The notes: a model not told the origin generated them from the sequence alone. A stretch of 64,000 nucleotides of DNA from Bacillus subtilis subsp. subtilis str. 168 (GCF_000009045.1 NC_000964.3:868001-932000); one strand, 5' to 3'; shown: positions 48,778 through 58,777, counted from the stretch's first letter. A program made the numbers and translations.

Positions 48778-51348
48778 TTGCTGATTAAAAAGAATGCTTT
48801 ATCAATATTAAAAATCGTTTTTCCTATTGCTGTTTTGCTATTTGTTATTTATCAATCGAAAAAAGAACTGACAAATCTGTCATTCAAACGTACGCTCATG
48901 GTCATCAACGGACTGGAACGAACGGATTTATTCATGCTTGTGTTGATCGGCTTGCTGGCTGTTGCGGCTATGTCGCTGTATGATTACGTCCTGAAGTACT
49001 CACTGCGCCTATCGATCACAAACGGAAAAGTTTTCAGGGTTTCCTGGATCGCCAATTCATTTAATAATGTGTTGGGATTCGGCGGTTTAGCCGGAGTCGG
49101 GTTAAGAATGATGTTCTATAAGGAGCATACGAAAGACCATAAGGCACTCGTGAAAGGAATCGCCTGGCTCACATCATCTATGCTGCTCGGATTATCTGTT
49201 TTCAGCATTTTCGTTGCTGCGAGAGTGCTGCCAGTTGATGAAGTGATTCATGAGAAGCCTTGGCTGTGGGCGGTCGTTATCGGTTTTGCACTGATATTGC
49301 CGTTATCTTTAGCGGTGTCCAAAATAAAAGACCGCAAAGCTGGGGACGAAGAGAATGCGGATAAAGTGAAAAATCCGATTTTCGCATATATTGGAGCTTC
49401 AGTTGTTGAATGGCTCATGGCCGGGACCGTCATCTATTTTGCTTTGTTCGCTATGGGCATTCATGCAGATATCAGGTATGTGTTCGGGGTGTTCGTCATT
49501 GCGGCGATCGGAGGAATGATCAGCCTCGTGCCGGGCGGCTTCGGCTCGTTTGACCTTTTATTTTTGCTGGGGATGGAGCAGCTTGGCTATCATCAAGAGG
49601 CCATCGTTACTTCTATTGTGTTGTACAGGCTCGCCTACTCATTTATCCCATTTATCTTGGGACTGTTCTTTGCCGCCGGCGACCTGACGGAAAATACAAT
49701 GAAGCGGCTCGAAACGAACCCGCGCATCGCACCGGCAATTGAGACGACAAACGTTCTGCTTGTTGTTCAGCGTGCGGTATTAGTGAGAATTTTGCAAGGC
49801 TCGCTTTCCCTTATTGTGTTCGTAGCAGGTCTGATTGTCTTGGCCTCAGTTTCCTTGCCGATTGACAGGCTGACGGTTATACCGCACATTCCGCGCCCGG
49901 CGCTTTTGCTGTTCAACGGCCTGTCCTTAAGCTCAGCGCTCATTCTGCTCATTTTGCCGATCGAGCTTTATAAACGGACAAAACGTTCCTACACGATGGC
50001 CATTACAGCGCTTGTCGGCGGCTTTGTGTTCAGCTTTTTAAAAGGGCTTAACATCAGCGCGATATTCGTACTGCCGATGATTATCGTATTGCTTGTGCTA
50101 TTGAAAAAACAATTTGTCCGCGAACAGGCATCCTATACACTGGGACAATTGATATTCGCTGTGGCGCTGTTTACTGTGGCGCTCTTTAACTACAATCTGA
50201 TCGCGGGCTTTATTTGGGACCGGATGAAGAAGGTGCTGCGTCACGAATATTTCGTCCACAGCACCTCGCATATTACACATGCAACCATCATGGCGATCAT
50301 CATTGTGCCGCTGTTCTTCTTGATATTTACAGTGGTCTATCATAAGAGAACGAAACCGATCGGAGAGAAAGCTGACCCTGAGCGTCTTGCTGCGTTTCTC
50401 AATGAAAAAGGCGGCAACGCGCTGAGCCATCTTGGTTTTCTTGGAGATAAGCGGTTTTATTTTTCTAGCGATGGAAATGCACTGCTTCTGTTTGGGAAAA
50501 TCGCCAGAAGGCTGGTCGTGCTCGGCGATCCATCTGGCCAAAGAGAATCATTCCCGCTCGTGCTGGAAGAATTTCTGAACGAAGCGCATCAGAAGGGATT
50601 CAGTGTTTTGTTCTATCAAATTGAACGAGAGGACATGGCGCTGTATCACGATTTTGGCTACAACTTCTTTAAATTGGGTGAGGAAGCATATGTAGATTTA
50701 AATACATTTACCTTGACTGGGAAGAAAAAAGCCGGCCTTCGGGCAATCAATAACCGCTTTGAGCGGGAGGAGTATACTTTCCATGTGGATCATCCCCCAT
50801 TTTCTGATGCGTTTTTGGAGGAGCTGAAGCAAATCTCAGACGAATGGCTCGGCTCGAAAAAAGAGAAGGGATTCTCGCTCGGATTTTTTGATCCTTCCTA
50901 TTTACAGAAAGCGCCGATCGCCTATATGAAAAATGCAGAAGGAGAGATCGTTGCATTCGCAAATGTCATGCCGATGTACCAGGAAGGAGAGATATCGGTC
51001 GATCTGATGCGCTATCGCGGCGACGCTCCAAATGGCATTATGGACGCATTGTTTATCCGTATGTTTTTATGGGCAAAGGAAGAGGGCTGTACGTCATTTA
51101 ATATGGGGATGGCACCCTTGGCCAATGTCGGCACTGCCTTTACATCCTTCTGGTCCGAAAGGTTTGCCGCTGTCATTTTTAATAATGTCAGATACATGTA
51201 CAGTTTCAGCGGCCTAAGAGCCTTTAAAGAAAAATATAAACCGGAGTGGCGAGGGAAATACTTAGCGTATCGGAAAAACAGATCTCTTTCTGTCACCATG
51301 TTCCTCGTTACACGTCTGATTGGCAAAAGCAAAAAAGACTCCGTCTAA
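48778..51348 (+). CDS. mprF: Phosphatidylglycerol lysyltransferase/flippase MprF
   Basis: Multi-TM flippase (VPGGFGSFD) plus C-terminal transferase (DLMRY, FSGLRAFKEKY); TTG at 48778. Confidence 0.97.
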   Translation: MLIKKNALSILKIVFPIAVLLFVIYQSKKELTNLSFKRTLMVINGLERTDLFMLVLIGLLAVAAMSLYDYVLKYSLRLSITNGKVFRVSWIANSFNNVLGFGGLAGVGLRMMFYKEHTKDHKALVKGIAWLTSSMLLGLSVFSIFVAARVLPVDEVIHEKPWLWAVVIGFALILPLSLAVSKIKDRKAGDEENADKVKNPIFAYIGASVVEWLMAGTVIYFALFAMGIHADIRYVFGVFVIAAIGGMISLVPGGFGSFDLLFLLGMEQLGYHQEAIVTSIVLYRLAYSFIPFILGLFFAAGDLTENTMKRLETNPRIAPAIETTNVLLVVQRAVLVRILQGSLSLIVFVAGLIVLASVSLPIDRLTVIPHIPRPALLLFNGLSLSSALILLILPIELYKRTKRSYTMAITALVGGFVFSFLKGLNISAIFVLPMIIVLLVLLKKQFVREQASYTLGQLIFAVALFTVALFNYNLIAGFIWDRMKKVLRHEYFVHSTSHITHATIMAIIIVPLFFLIFTVVYHKRTKPIGEKADPERLAAFLNEKGGNALSHLGFLGDKRFYFSSDGNALLLFGKIARRLVVLGDPSGQRESFPLVLEEFLNEAHQKGFSVLFYQIEREDMALYHDFGYNFFKLGEEAYVDLNTFTLTGKKKAGLRAINNRFEREEYTFHVDHPPFSDAFLEELKQISDEWLGSKKEKGFSLGFFDPSYLQKAPIAYMKNAEGEIVAFANVMPMYQEGEISVDLMRYRGDAPNGIMDALFIRMFLWAKEEGCTSFNMGMAPLANVGTAFTSFWSERFAAVIFNNVRYMYSFSGLRAFKEKYKPEWRGKYLAYRKNRSLSVTMFLVTRLIGKSKKDSV

Positions 51349-51367
51349 TAAGACGGAGTCTTTTTTT
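51331..51367. terminator. Bidirectional terminator overlapping the mprF 3' end and the yfiY stop
   Basis: Perfect 16-bp stem AAAAAAGACTCCGTCT/AGACGGAGTCTTTTTT. Confidence 0.9.
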
Positions 51368-52343
51368 ATTTCGTTTTTAAGAAGTAGGTTTCAATATCAT
51401 CAAGCAGGTAGTTTGCGGCTTTAATTCCGCCTGCGGTTGTCCATACGACGTCATCGACTTCATGTGCATTACCTGACTTCACGGCCTTCAGGTTTTTCCA
51501 TAGTGAACTGCTTGTCCACTGATTGGCCCATTTTTCATTTTCTTTTGCATTATCGGCTTTATAAGTGAAATAAAACAGCACATCAGCATCCATATCAGGA
51601 ATAGATTCTTTACTGTCGGTTGAGAACGTAAATTGGTCCTTTTGTTTCTTAAACAGTTCCACTTGTTTTTCAGGGCGTTTGAAGCCAAGCTGGTCTAAAA
51701 TAATCCCAGGAAATGAATCGGTATAATAGATTCTTGATTCACCGGATAAAAAGCGTACGACTGAAACGGTTTTGTTTGTCTGGTCGCCCAGCTTGTTTTT
51801 TAAATCAGAAACACGTTTATCAAAATCGGCAATGACTTCCTTGCCTTTGTCCGCCTTATTCACCGCGTTGGCGTATAGAGTCAGGTTATCCTTCCAGTTC
51901 CCGGCCAAAGATTCAGCAAAAACAGTCGGCGCAATCGCATTTAACTGATCATAAATTTTTTCCTGGCGCACTTTGTTTCCAATAATCAAATCAGGCTTTA
52001 ATTCTGCGATGGCTTCCACATTCGGTTCCGTTTCAAGACCGACGTTTTTAACACCTTTCATGTCATCTTTCAGATAGTCATACCACGGGTCGCCCTTCCA
52101 TGACTTTACGGCTCCGACCGGCTTAATGCCAAGCGCTAAGAGCGCCTCTGTTCCTTCATTAGTTAAAACAACAATCCGTTTTGGATTGGCGGGGATGTTG
52201 TCTGATGTCCCCATTGCATGTTTGACCGTTCTTGTTTTGCTGCTTGACACCTCGCTGTTGCTTGAACTTTCTGAACTATTACAGGCAGAAAGTACCATAA
52301 CGGCCATTAAAAATACGAATAGCATGCTGATATGCTTTTTCAT
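51366..52343 (-). CDS. yfiY: Iron-siderophore binding lipoprotein (hydroxamate-citrate type)
   Basis: Lipobox LSAC, PKRIVVL, PNVEAIAELKPDLII, IAPTV. Confidence 0.93.
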   Translation of the reverse strand: MKKHISMLFVFLMAVMVLSACNSSESSSNSEVSSSKTRTVKHAMGTSDNIPANPKRIVVLTNEGTEALLALGIKPVGAVKSWKGDPWYDYLKDDMKGVKNVGLETEPNVEAIAELKPDLIIGNKVRQEKIYDQLNAIAPTVFAESLAGNWKDNLTLYANAVNKADKGKEVIADFDKRVSDLKNKLGDQTNKTVSVVRFLSGESRIYYTDSFPGIILDQLGFKRPEKQVELFKKQKDQFTFSTDSKESIPDMDADVLFYFTYKADNAKENEKWANQWTSSSLWKNLKAVKSGNAHEVDDVVWTTAGGIKAANYLLDDIETYFLKTK

Positions 52344-52360
52344 CTTTTTCCTCCCAATAT

Positions 52361-52375
52361 TGAAATTCATTATCA
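52361..52375. promoter_or_regulatory. Fur box (yfiY)
   Basis: TGAAATT-C-ATTATCA 7-1-7. Confidence 0.75.
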
Positions 52376-52417
52376 TTTAGATCATAATAAGCAGTGTTAA
52401 GAGTGTCAATCCCTAAT

Positions 52418-52432
52418 TGAGGATTATTCTCA
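52418..52432. promoter_or_regulatory. Fur box (yfiZ)
   Basis: TGAGGAT-T-ATTCTCA 7-1-7. Confidence 0.7.
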
Positions 52433-52473
52433 AAAACAAACATTACATAGTAAATAACTAGGAGAATTAGATC

Positions 52474-53475
52474 ATGATCTGCAAAAAGGCATCTTCAAAA
52501 TGGATTGTGTTAGTATGTCTGATTTTCATTTTACTGACGGCTGTCTGCGCAAGCGTCGTGTATGGCTATACAGGTACGTCATGGAGACAGGTCTATCAGG
52601 CGTTTACTTCCTTCAATGGAACAAATGAGCATGTCATCATCAAGGATGTCAGGCTTCCGCGCGCTTTGGTTGCGACAGTCGTCGGCGCCTCGCTTGCAGC
52701 CGCGGGCGCTCTCATGCAGGCGCTCACAAAAAATCCGCTTGCGTCACCGGGGATTTTCGGGATTAACGCCGGTGCAGGTTTTTTTATTGTTGCCGGATCG
52801 TTTTTTCTGCATATTCAGTCACCTCAGGCATTAGTATGGAGCTCGTTTCTGGGGGCAGCATTTACCGCTGCGATCGTCTATGCAGCAGGCTCGCTTGGGA
52901 GGGAAGGGCTGACGCCAATCAAACTGACGCTGGCGGGAGCTGCCATGGCAGCCATGTTTTCTTCTCTGACACAGGGCTTGCTGTCTGTCAACGAACTCGA
53001 GCTTGCCCAGGTGCTTTTTTGGCTGACTGGCTCTGTGCAGGGCCGGAGTCTGGATCTGTTGATGACGATGTTTCCATATGCAGCGGCAGCGCTGGTAATC
53101 TGCTTCTTTCTCGGCCAAAAAATTAATCTCCTCGTTATGGGAGAAGATGTGGCAAAAGGACTCGGCCAAAAAACAGGCCTGCTGAAATTTGTGATGGCGC
53201 TTTGTGTTGTCATGCTTGCAGGGTCCGCTGTCGCCATTGCCGGGCCGATTTCTTTTATCGGCATCATTATTCCGCATTTTGCCCGCTTTGTCGTTGGTAA
53301 TGATTATCGCTGGGTTCTGCCATTTTCCGCTGTTTTGGGTGCCATTTTGCTTGTTTGCGCGGATATCGGTGCGCGATATATCATTATGCCTCAGGAAGTT
53401 CCTGTCGGGGTCATGACCGCCATCATCGGAATGCCTGTGTTTGTGTACATCGCAAGAAGGGGGGCGAAGCTATGA
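52474..53475 (+). CDS. yfiZ: FecCD-family siderophore permease
   Basis: RLPRAL, TKNPLASPGIFGINAGA, ISFIGIIIPH. Confidence 0.93.
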   Translation: MICKKASSKWIVLVCLIFILLTAVCASVVYGYTGTSWRQVYQAFTSFNGTNEHVIIKDVRLPRALVATVVGASLAAAGALMQALTKNPLASPGIFGINAGAGFFIVAGSFFLHIQSPQALVWSSFLGAAFTAAIVYAAGSLGREGLTPIKLTLAGAAMAAMFSSLTQGLLSVNELELAQVLFWLTGSVQGRSLDLLMTMFPYAAAALVICFFLGQKINLLVMGEDVAKGLGQKTGLLKFVMALCVVMLAGSAVAIAGPISFIGIIIPHFARFVVGNDYRWVLPFSAVLGAILLVCADIGARYIIMPQEVPVGVMTAIIGMPVFVYIARRGAKL

Positions 53476-54503
53476 AACTTCGTTTTGGCGTTACTGCGGC
53501 TGAAAAGAAAGCATGGATCGTCTTTTTGGTTTTACTGGGGTTAACAGCTGCTGTACTCATCATAAGCGCTGGTCTCGGACAAAGGTTTATTCCTCCCTGG
53601 GATGTAGCAAAAACATTCTTTGGTGCAGGTTCCAAGCTGGATGAACTGATGATCATGTCGTTCCGCATGCCAAGAATTTTGACGGCTTTATGCGCCGGTG
53701 TCTGCTTGGCAGCGGCAGGCGCGATATTGCAGGGGCTCGTCAGAAACCCTCTCGCATCTCCGGATATTATCGGAATAACAGGAGGAGCGGCGGTAGCGGT
53801 CGTGCTTTTAATGATGTTCTTCTCAGACCGCAGCAGTTCACTTACGATCAGTCTGTCATGGCTTCCAGCAGCCGCATTTATCGGCGCATCGGCTGTCGGG
53901 CTCATCGTCTATTTACTGGCATACAAAAATGGCGCCTCCACATTTCGGCTGGTGCTTATCGGAATCGGATTTTCAATGTCGGCGCAGGCGATGACTACCC
54001 TGTTGATGATCAAAGGCCCGATTTACCGAGCATCACAAGCCAATGTGTATATCACTGGGTCAGTTTATGGGTCAAACTGGCAGCATGTAAAAATAGCTAT
54101 TATCTTATCTGTCATTCTCTTATTCATTTGTTTTGTCGCGCTAAAAAATATGAATATACAGGTGCTGGGTGAAGATATTGCGGCGGGTGCAGGAAGCGCT
54201 GTGCAGCGAAATCGTTTTTTCTTGCTCCTTTTGAGTACGGCTCTTACTGGTTGTGCAGTTTCAGTTGCCGGCACAATCGGTTTTGTCGGGCTGATGGCGC
54301 CCCATATTGCAAGACGGCTTGTCGGCTCATCTTATGGCGCGCTGCTCCCAGCGTCGGCACTTATTGGAGCTCTGCTCGTTTTAACAGCTGATATCGTCGG
54401 CAGAACCTTATTTGCTCCGGTGGAAGTGCCGGCCGGCGTCTTTACAGCGGCTATCGGCGCACCTTATTTTATTTATTTGCTCTATAAAACAAGAAATTCT
54501 TAA
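53472..54503 (+). CDS. yfhA: FecCD-family siderophore permease
   Basis: RMPRIL, RNPLASPDIIG, IGFVGLMAPH; ATGA overlap with yfiZ. Confidence 0.93.
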   Translation: MKLRFGVTAAEKKAWIVFLVLLGLTAAVLIISAGLGQRFIPPWDVAKTFFGAGSKLDELMIMSFRMPRILTALCAGVCLAAAGAILQGLVRNPLASPDIIGITGGAAVAVVLLMMFFSDRSSSLTISLSWLPAAAFIGASAVGLIVYLLAYKNGASTFRLVLIGIGFSMSAQAMTTLLMIKGPIYRASQANVYITGSVYGSNWQHVKIAIILSVILLFICFVALKNMNIQVLGEDIAAGAGSAVQRNRFFLLLLSTALTGCAVSVAGTIGFVGLMAPHIARRLVGSSYGALLPASALIGALLVLTADIVGRTLFAPVEVPAGVFTAAIGAPYFIYLLYKTRNS

Positions 54504-54617
54504 TCGTTACACCCATTTTCTTAAAAAAGAAAATGGGTTTTTTTGATAATGACTGAAGATTCGTAATTATTTTTGCTATACTGACAGAGACATTGATAAA
54601 GAAAGGGCGGCAGATGA

Positions 54618-55499
54618 ATGAAAGAAGCAGAGGTATTAAAATATGAAGCATTTACAAGCAGTCCCGGCAAAGGAAACCCCGCAGGCGTCGTTTTGCAGGG
54701 AGACGATTATACGGAAGACGAGATGCAGATCATAGCTGAACGTGCCGGGTATTCAGAAACCTCCTTTATCCGAAAAAGCGAGTCGGCCGATCTTGAACTC
54801 CGTTACTTTACCCCTGGACACGAAATGAATTTGTGCGGTCATGCGACAGTTGCTTCTCTTTACGCATTATGTGAGAAAGGAATGCTGGAGAGCGGTAAAA
54901 CGTACAGCATCCAAACGAAAGCGGGTATCCTGCCTGTGAAGATTTCTGAAAAAGATGGCCGCATTCATATCACGCTTGAACAGGCCTCTCCGCAATTCAA
55001 ACCATTTACAGGCGATCGGAAAAAACTTGCGGACGCACTGGGTATCACCGATGAAGATTTTCATGAAGACCTTCCGATTGTGTTTGGCAGCACTGGGATA
55101 TGGACAGCCATCGTTCCGCTTAAATCATTGGAGGCTTCCAAAAAAATGGTGCCAGATAACAAACAATTTCCGGAAGTGTTAGTTGATCTGCCAAAAGCTT
55201 CAGTCCATCCGTTTACCTTTGAAACCGTCCATCCCGACAGCGACCTGCACGGGCGCCACTTTTCATCCCCGTATTCGGGAACGATTGAAGACCCCGTGAC
55301 CGGCACAGCATCCGGCGTGATGGGGGCTTATATGAAACATTATGGCAATGCCGAGCAGCATAAATTTATCATTGAACAAGGGCAGGAAATTGGAAAAGAC
55401 GGAAAAGTGGAGATCGAAATGAACGAAGCCGGCGGCCATGTGAAAGTGAACATGACAGGAACAGCCGTTTACTCAGAAACCCGTATTCTTAAAATCTAA
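54618..55499 (+). CDS. yfhB: PhzF-family isomerase/epimerase
   Basis: GNPAGV, SETSF, EMNLCGHAT, EDPVTGTASG. Confidence 0.9.
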   Translation: MKEAEVLKYEAFTSSPGKGNPAGVVLQGDDYTEDEMQIIAERAGYSETSFIRKSESADLELRYFTPGHEMNLCGHATVASLYALCEKGMLESGKTYSIQTKAGILPVKISEKDGRIHITLEQASPQFKPFTGDRKKLADALGITDEDFHEDLPIVFGSTGIWTAIVPLKSLEASKKMVPDNKQFPEVLVDLPKASVHPFTFETVHPDSDLHGRHFSSPYSGTIEDPVTGTASGVMGAYMKHYGNAEQHKFIIEQGQEIGKDGKVEIEMNEAGGHVKVNMTGTAVYSETRILKI

Positions 55500-55548
55500 T
55501 ACGGATGATGGTTTACAAAAAGATGCACTTTCCGTTATCATTATGAAA

Positions 55549-55563
55549 TGATAATCATTTTCA
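55549..55563. promoter_or_regulatory. Fur box (yfhC)
   Basis: TGATAAT-C-ATTTTCA 7-1-7. Confidence 0.85.
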
Positions 55564-55586
55564 ATTGCATAGGAAGGTGAGACGGT

Positions 55587-56171
55587 ATGCCTCAAACCGA
55601 ACAAATACATCAGCATTCAGTACTGAGGGACATCATACGCAGCAGAAGATCGATTCGAAAGTTTAAACAAGAGCCAGTACCTTCAGCAGTCATTCTTGAC
55701 ATGCTTGAAACGGCAAAATATGCGCCAAATCACAGAGTGACAGAGCCATGGAGATTTATTTACGTTTCCAGTGAGACAGGTAAAGCGAACCTCATTAATA
55801 CATTTGCAGCGTTCTCTAAGAAATCCAAGCCGGATATGACAGAGGAAAAGCTTCAAAATTTCAAAAACACACTTGGGCGCGTTCCGGGATTTCTCCTCGT
55901 CGTGTTTCAGGAAGATGAAAACGAAAGAGCGCGGGACGACGATTTTGCGGCAACAAGCTCGTTGATTCAAAATCTTCAGCTTCTCGCTTGGGAAAAAGGA
56001 ATCGGCATGGTTTGGAAAAGCGGAAAAATCCTTTATGACAAAGAAGTCCATCAGGCCTTTGGTTTACAGGATAATGAGCGTTTCGCCGCCATCATACAAA
56101 CAGGTTATCCTGACGAGGCGCCGGAAGTGAAAAAACGCACACCGATCCGCGACCGATTCACTGAAATGTAA
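55587..56171 (+). CDS. yfhC: Nitroreductase-family flavoprotein
   Basis: RRSIRKF, APNHRVTEPWRF, GIGMVWKSG. Confidence 0.92.
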   Translation: MPQTEQIHQHSVLRDIIRSRRSIRKFKQEPVPSAVILDMLETAKYAPNHRVTEPWRFIYVSSETGKANLINTFAAFSKKSKPDMTEEKLQNFKNTLGRVPGFLLVVFQEDENERARDDDFAATSSLIQNLQLLAWEKGIGMVWKSGKILYDKEVHQAFGLQDNERFAAIIQTGYPDEAPEVKKRTPIRDRFTEM

Positions 56172-56207
56172 AAAACCCCTTGTCTCAAACGGAGACAAGG
56201 GGTTTTT
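56171..56207. terminator. Bidirectional terminator yfhC/yfhD
   Basis: AAAAACCCCTTGTCTC/GAGACAAGGGGTTTTT perfect stem. Confidence 0.9.
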
Positions 56208-56209
56208 CA

Positions 56210-56401
56210 TTAACGAGATTTCTTTTTCGCTCTGTTGTCGGCTGCTTTCGCACGCTCTTGCGCTTCGCGGTCATCTGCATCAGCAAGCTCGGTTGAATAT
56301 TCTTCGTAAACGCCGTCAGTTTCCCTTTTTAAGGCATCGGGAACTTGTGGAAGCTTTTGTTTGTTTTTATCACGGTTTTTGTGGATATGATTTCTGCCCA
56401 T
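56210..56401 (-). CDS. yfhD: Small hydrophilic general stress protein (YfhD family)
   Basis: 63 aa, EYSTELADADDREAQERA. Confidence 0.88.
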   Translation of the reverse strand: MGRNHIHKNRDKNKQKLPQVPDALKRETDGVYEEYSTELADADDREAQERAKAADNRAKKKSR

Positions 56402-56407
56402 ATCAAA

Positions 56408-56432
56408 TTCCCCCTAAAAAGTGATATCAAAC
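56408..56432 (-). promoter_or_regulatory. SigB-type promoter of yfhD
   Basis: Minus-strand GTTTGA-N13-GGGGAA. Confidence 0.55.
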
Positions 56433-56467
56433 AAATATAGTATTTGGTTTTAAGGGGCTATGTATTC

Positions 56468-56578
56468 CTACTTCCGCTTAGCAGCTTTTTCCGCTTTTTT
56501 AAATTCGCCTGAATAAAGAACTTCCTGCATTTTTTTCAGGTTGGCGCCTTGCTGGTGCTTCTCCCTCTTTTTTTCCAT
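56468..56578 (-). CDS. yfhE: 36-aa small basic protein (YfhE family); absent from the ORF track
   Basis: MEKKREKHQQGANLKKMQEVLYSGEFKKAEKAAKRK; strong RBS GAAGGAGG. Confidence 0.85.
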   Translation of the reverse strand: MEKKREKHQQGANLKKMQEVLYSGEFKKAEKAAKRK

Positions 56579-56632
56579 AAAAAGGACCTCCTTCAACCAT
56601 GTTATTCTTAAGGTTGACGCTTCCTGCTGTTT

Positions 56633-57544
56633 TTATACAGTCTTTCGGTCCGCTATCAGCTGTGAGAGTGCAAATTCAAGATCCGAATATGTAAAACGAA
56701 ATCCAGAGGTTATCGCTTTTTTCGGAAGAGCGCGCTGTCCTTTCACAATCAAAAGACTCATTTCACCCAATGCTTTTGATAAAAAGAATTCCGGGACGGG
56801 GAGCCAGTGCGGGCGGTGCTTCACCCGTGCAATCGTTTTTCCGAATTGCTTCATGTCCACAGGATTGGGCGCGGTGACATTCATTGGGCCTGAGATGCCG
56901 GCGTTTTCCACCGCATATCGGATCATCTGGGCCGCATCCTCGACATGAATCCATGACAGCCACTGCCTTCCCGTTCCGATCGTTCCGCCGGCCAGAAACT
57001 TATAGGGGAGAATCATGAGCGGGAGAGCGCCTTTTTCTCCAAGCATCACGCCAAATCTCGCATAAACTGTCCGGATGCCCATCGCTTCAATATGCTGTCC
57101 TTCCTTTTCCCACAGGTGTGCAGTATGGCTGAGAAAATCCTCATCTGACGTTGCAGAATCCTCTGTGAAAGTTTTCTCAAGGCTTGTGCCGTAAATGCCC
57201 ACGGCACTGGCTTGGATCAATGTCTTCGGCTTCTCCTTCTGTTTCTGAATAAGCCGCTGCACTTCACGCGTCGCATTGATACGGCTGGAGAGAATGTGCT
57301 GCTTCGTTTTTTCTGTCCAGCGGCCAAAAATCGATTTTCCCGCAAGATTTATCCAGACATCAATATGAGGAAGTTCCTGCTCCGGTGCGGCTCCTTCCGA
57401 CAGCCATTGGACATATGTCATATTTTTTTGTTCAGTTTCCCTTGCGTTTCTTGATAAAATATAAACATGGTGTCCCTGGCGGGTAAGAACGCCTGTCAGA
57501 TGCTGGCCGAGAAAACCGGTTCCGCCCGTCATTGCGATATTCAT
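56633..57544 (-). CDS. yfhF: NAD-dependent epimerase/atypical SDR (TIGR01777-like)
   Basis: TGGTGFLG, INLAGKSI, ASAVGIYG, WIHVED. Confidence 0.9.
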   Translation of the reverse strand: MNIAMTGGTGFLGQHLTGVLTRQGHHVYILSRNARETEQKNMTYVQWLSEGAAPEQELPHIDVWINLAGKSIFGRWTEKTKQHILSSRINATREVQRLIQKQKEKPKTLIQASAVGIYGTSLEKTFTEDSATSDEDFLSHTAHLWEKEGQHIEAMGIRTVYARFGVMLGEKGALPLMILPYKFLAGGTIGTGRQWLSWIHVEDAAQMIRYAVENAGISGPMNVTAPNPVDMKQFGKTIARVKHRPHWLPVPEFFLSKALGEMSLLIVKGQRALPKKAITSGFRFTYSDLEFALSQLIADRKTV

Positions 57545-57632
57545 GAACATCTCTCCTCATCGTTCTAATAAATATACTTTACCTCATTGTAATAAAAGAA
57601 AACGCGTTTCAGGCCTGAGAAGGGAGATTAAG

Positions 57633-58427
57633 ATGCCGTTTATTACAAAAATATCAACGCAAAAAAAGAATACGGAACGCTTCAATATTTTTCTGGATGA
57701 TAAATACGCCTTCAGCGTGGACGCGGATGTGCTCGTGAAATTTGAGCTCAAGAAGGGAAAAGAACTCGATGATCTTGACATCATTGAGATTCAATACGGC
57801 GATGAAGTGAAGAAAGGCTTCAACCGTGCGCTTGACTTTTTATCCTATCGAATGCGGTCGACGAAAGAGGTCGAGGATCACTTAAAGAAAAAAGAAACCT
57901 CGCCCCCCGTCATTGCGGAAGTCATCCATAGGCTTAACGATTACAAGTACTTAAACGACCAGGAATTTGCCGCAGCCTATGTCAGCACTCACAAAAAAAC
58001 AAACGGAAAAGGCCCTGATGTTTTGTTCAGAGAGCTAAGAGCGAAGGGAATTGATGACGATACAATTAAGGAGGCGCTAAGTTCCTTTTCCTTTGAAGAT
58101 CAGACAAGAGAAGCGGTCAAGCATGTTGAAAAGCTTCTCAAAAAAGATAAAAAGCTTTCGACGAAAGAACTCAAACAGCGCGCCCAGCTGCAGCTTCAGC
58201 GCAAGGGCTTCTCATTTGATGTTATCAGCGCGGCGATGGATCAGATTGAATATGAAAATGATGAAGACACAGAGAAAGAAGCGCTGCGCCTTCACGCGGA
58301 AAAAGCGTTTAGAAAATACCGCTATGACGGCTCATATGAAAGCGCCATGAAGGTCAAACAATTTTTATTCCGCAAAGGATTCTCACTCGATTTAATCGAG
58401 CAATTACTGCAGGAAGAGGAGTACTGA
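57633..58427 (+). CDS. recX: RecA modulator RecX
   Basis: ALDFLSYRMRSTKEV, YLND..FA, G...L..ELRAKGI, FLFRKGF; ATG at 57633. Confidence 0.95.
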   Translation: MPFITKISTQKKNTERFNIFLDDKYAFSVDADVLVKFELKKGKELDDLDIIEIQYGDEVKKGFNRALDFLSYRMRSTKEVEDHLKKKETSPPVIAEVIHRLNDYKYLNDQEFAAAYVSTHKKTNGKGPDVLFRELRAKGIDDDTIKEALSSFSFEDQTREAVKHVEKLLKKDKKLSTKELKQRAQLQLQRKGFSFDVISAAMDQIEYENDEDTEKEALRLHAEKAFRKYRYDGSYESAMKVKQFLFRKGFSLDLIEQLLQEEEY

Positions 58428-58428
58428 A

Positions 58429-58743
58429 ATGGAGAAACGATACAGTCAAATGACACCGCATGAACTCAATACCGAAATCGCATTACTTTCTGAAAAAGCA
58501 AGAAAAGCCGAACAGCATGGAATCATAAACGAACTGGCAGTGCTCGAACGGAAAATTACGATGGCAAAAGCATATTTGCTGAACCCGGAAGATTACTCAC
58601 CGGGAGAAACATATCGTGTGGAAAACACTGAGGACGAGTTTACCATCAGTTATTTAAATGGCGTTTTCGCATGGGGATACAGGACCTCTTCCCCTCAGCA
58701 AGAGGAAGCGCTGCCAATCTCAGTATTGCAAGAAAAAGAATAA
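58429..58743 (+). CDS. yfhH: YfhH-family (DUF1811-like) protein
   Basis: 104 aa, YSQMTPHEL, YLNGVFAWG; 1 nt after the recX stop. Confidence 0.88.
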   Translation: MEKRYSQMTPHELNTEIALLSEKARKAEQHGIINELAVLERKITMAKAYLLNPEDYSPGETYRVENTEDEFTISYLNGVFAWGYRTSSPQQEEALPISVLQEKE

Positions 58744-58753
58744 AGCGTAACAG

Positions 58754-58777
58754 GAGGCTGATGATCAGCCTCTTTTT
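58754..58777 (+). terminator. Terminator after yfhH
   Basis: GAGGCTGAT/ATCAGCCTC stem plus T tract. Confidence 0.8.

Noticed and set aside
54544-54558. Possible Fur box upstream of yfhB (TGATAATGACTGAAG)
   Set aside because: Only one half-site matches the 7-1-7 consensus
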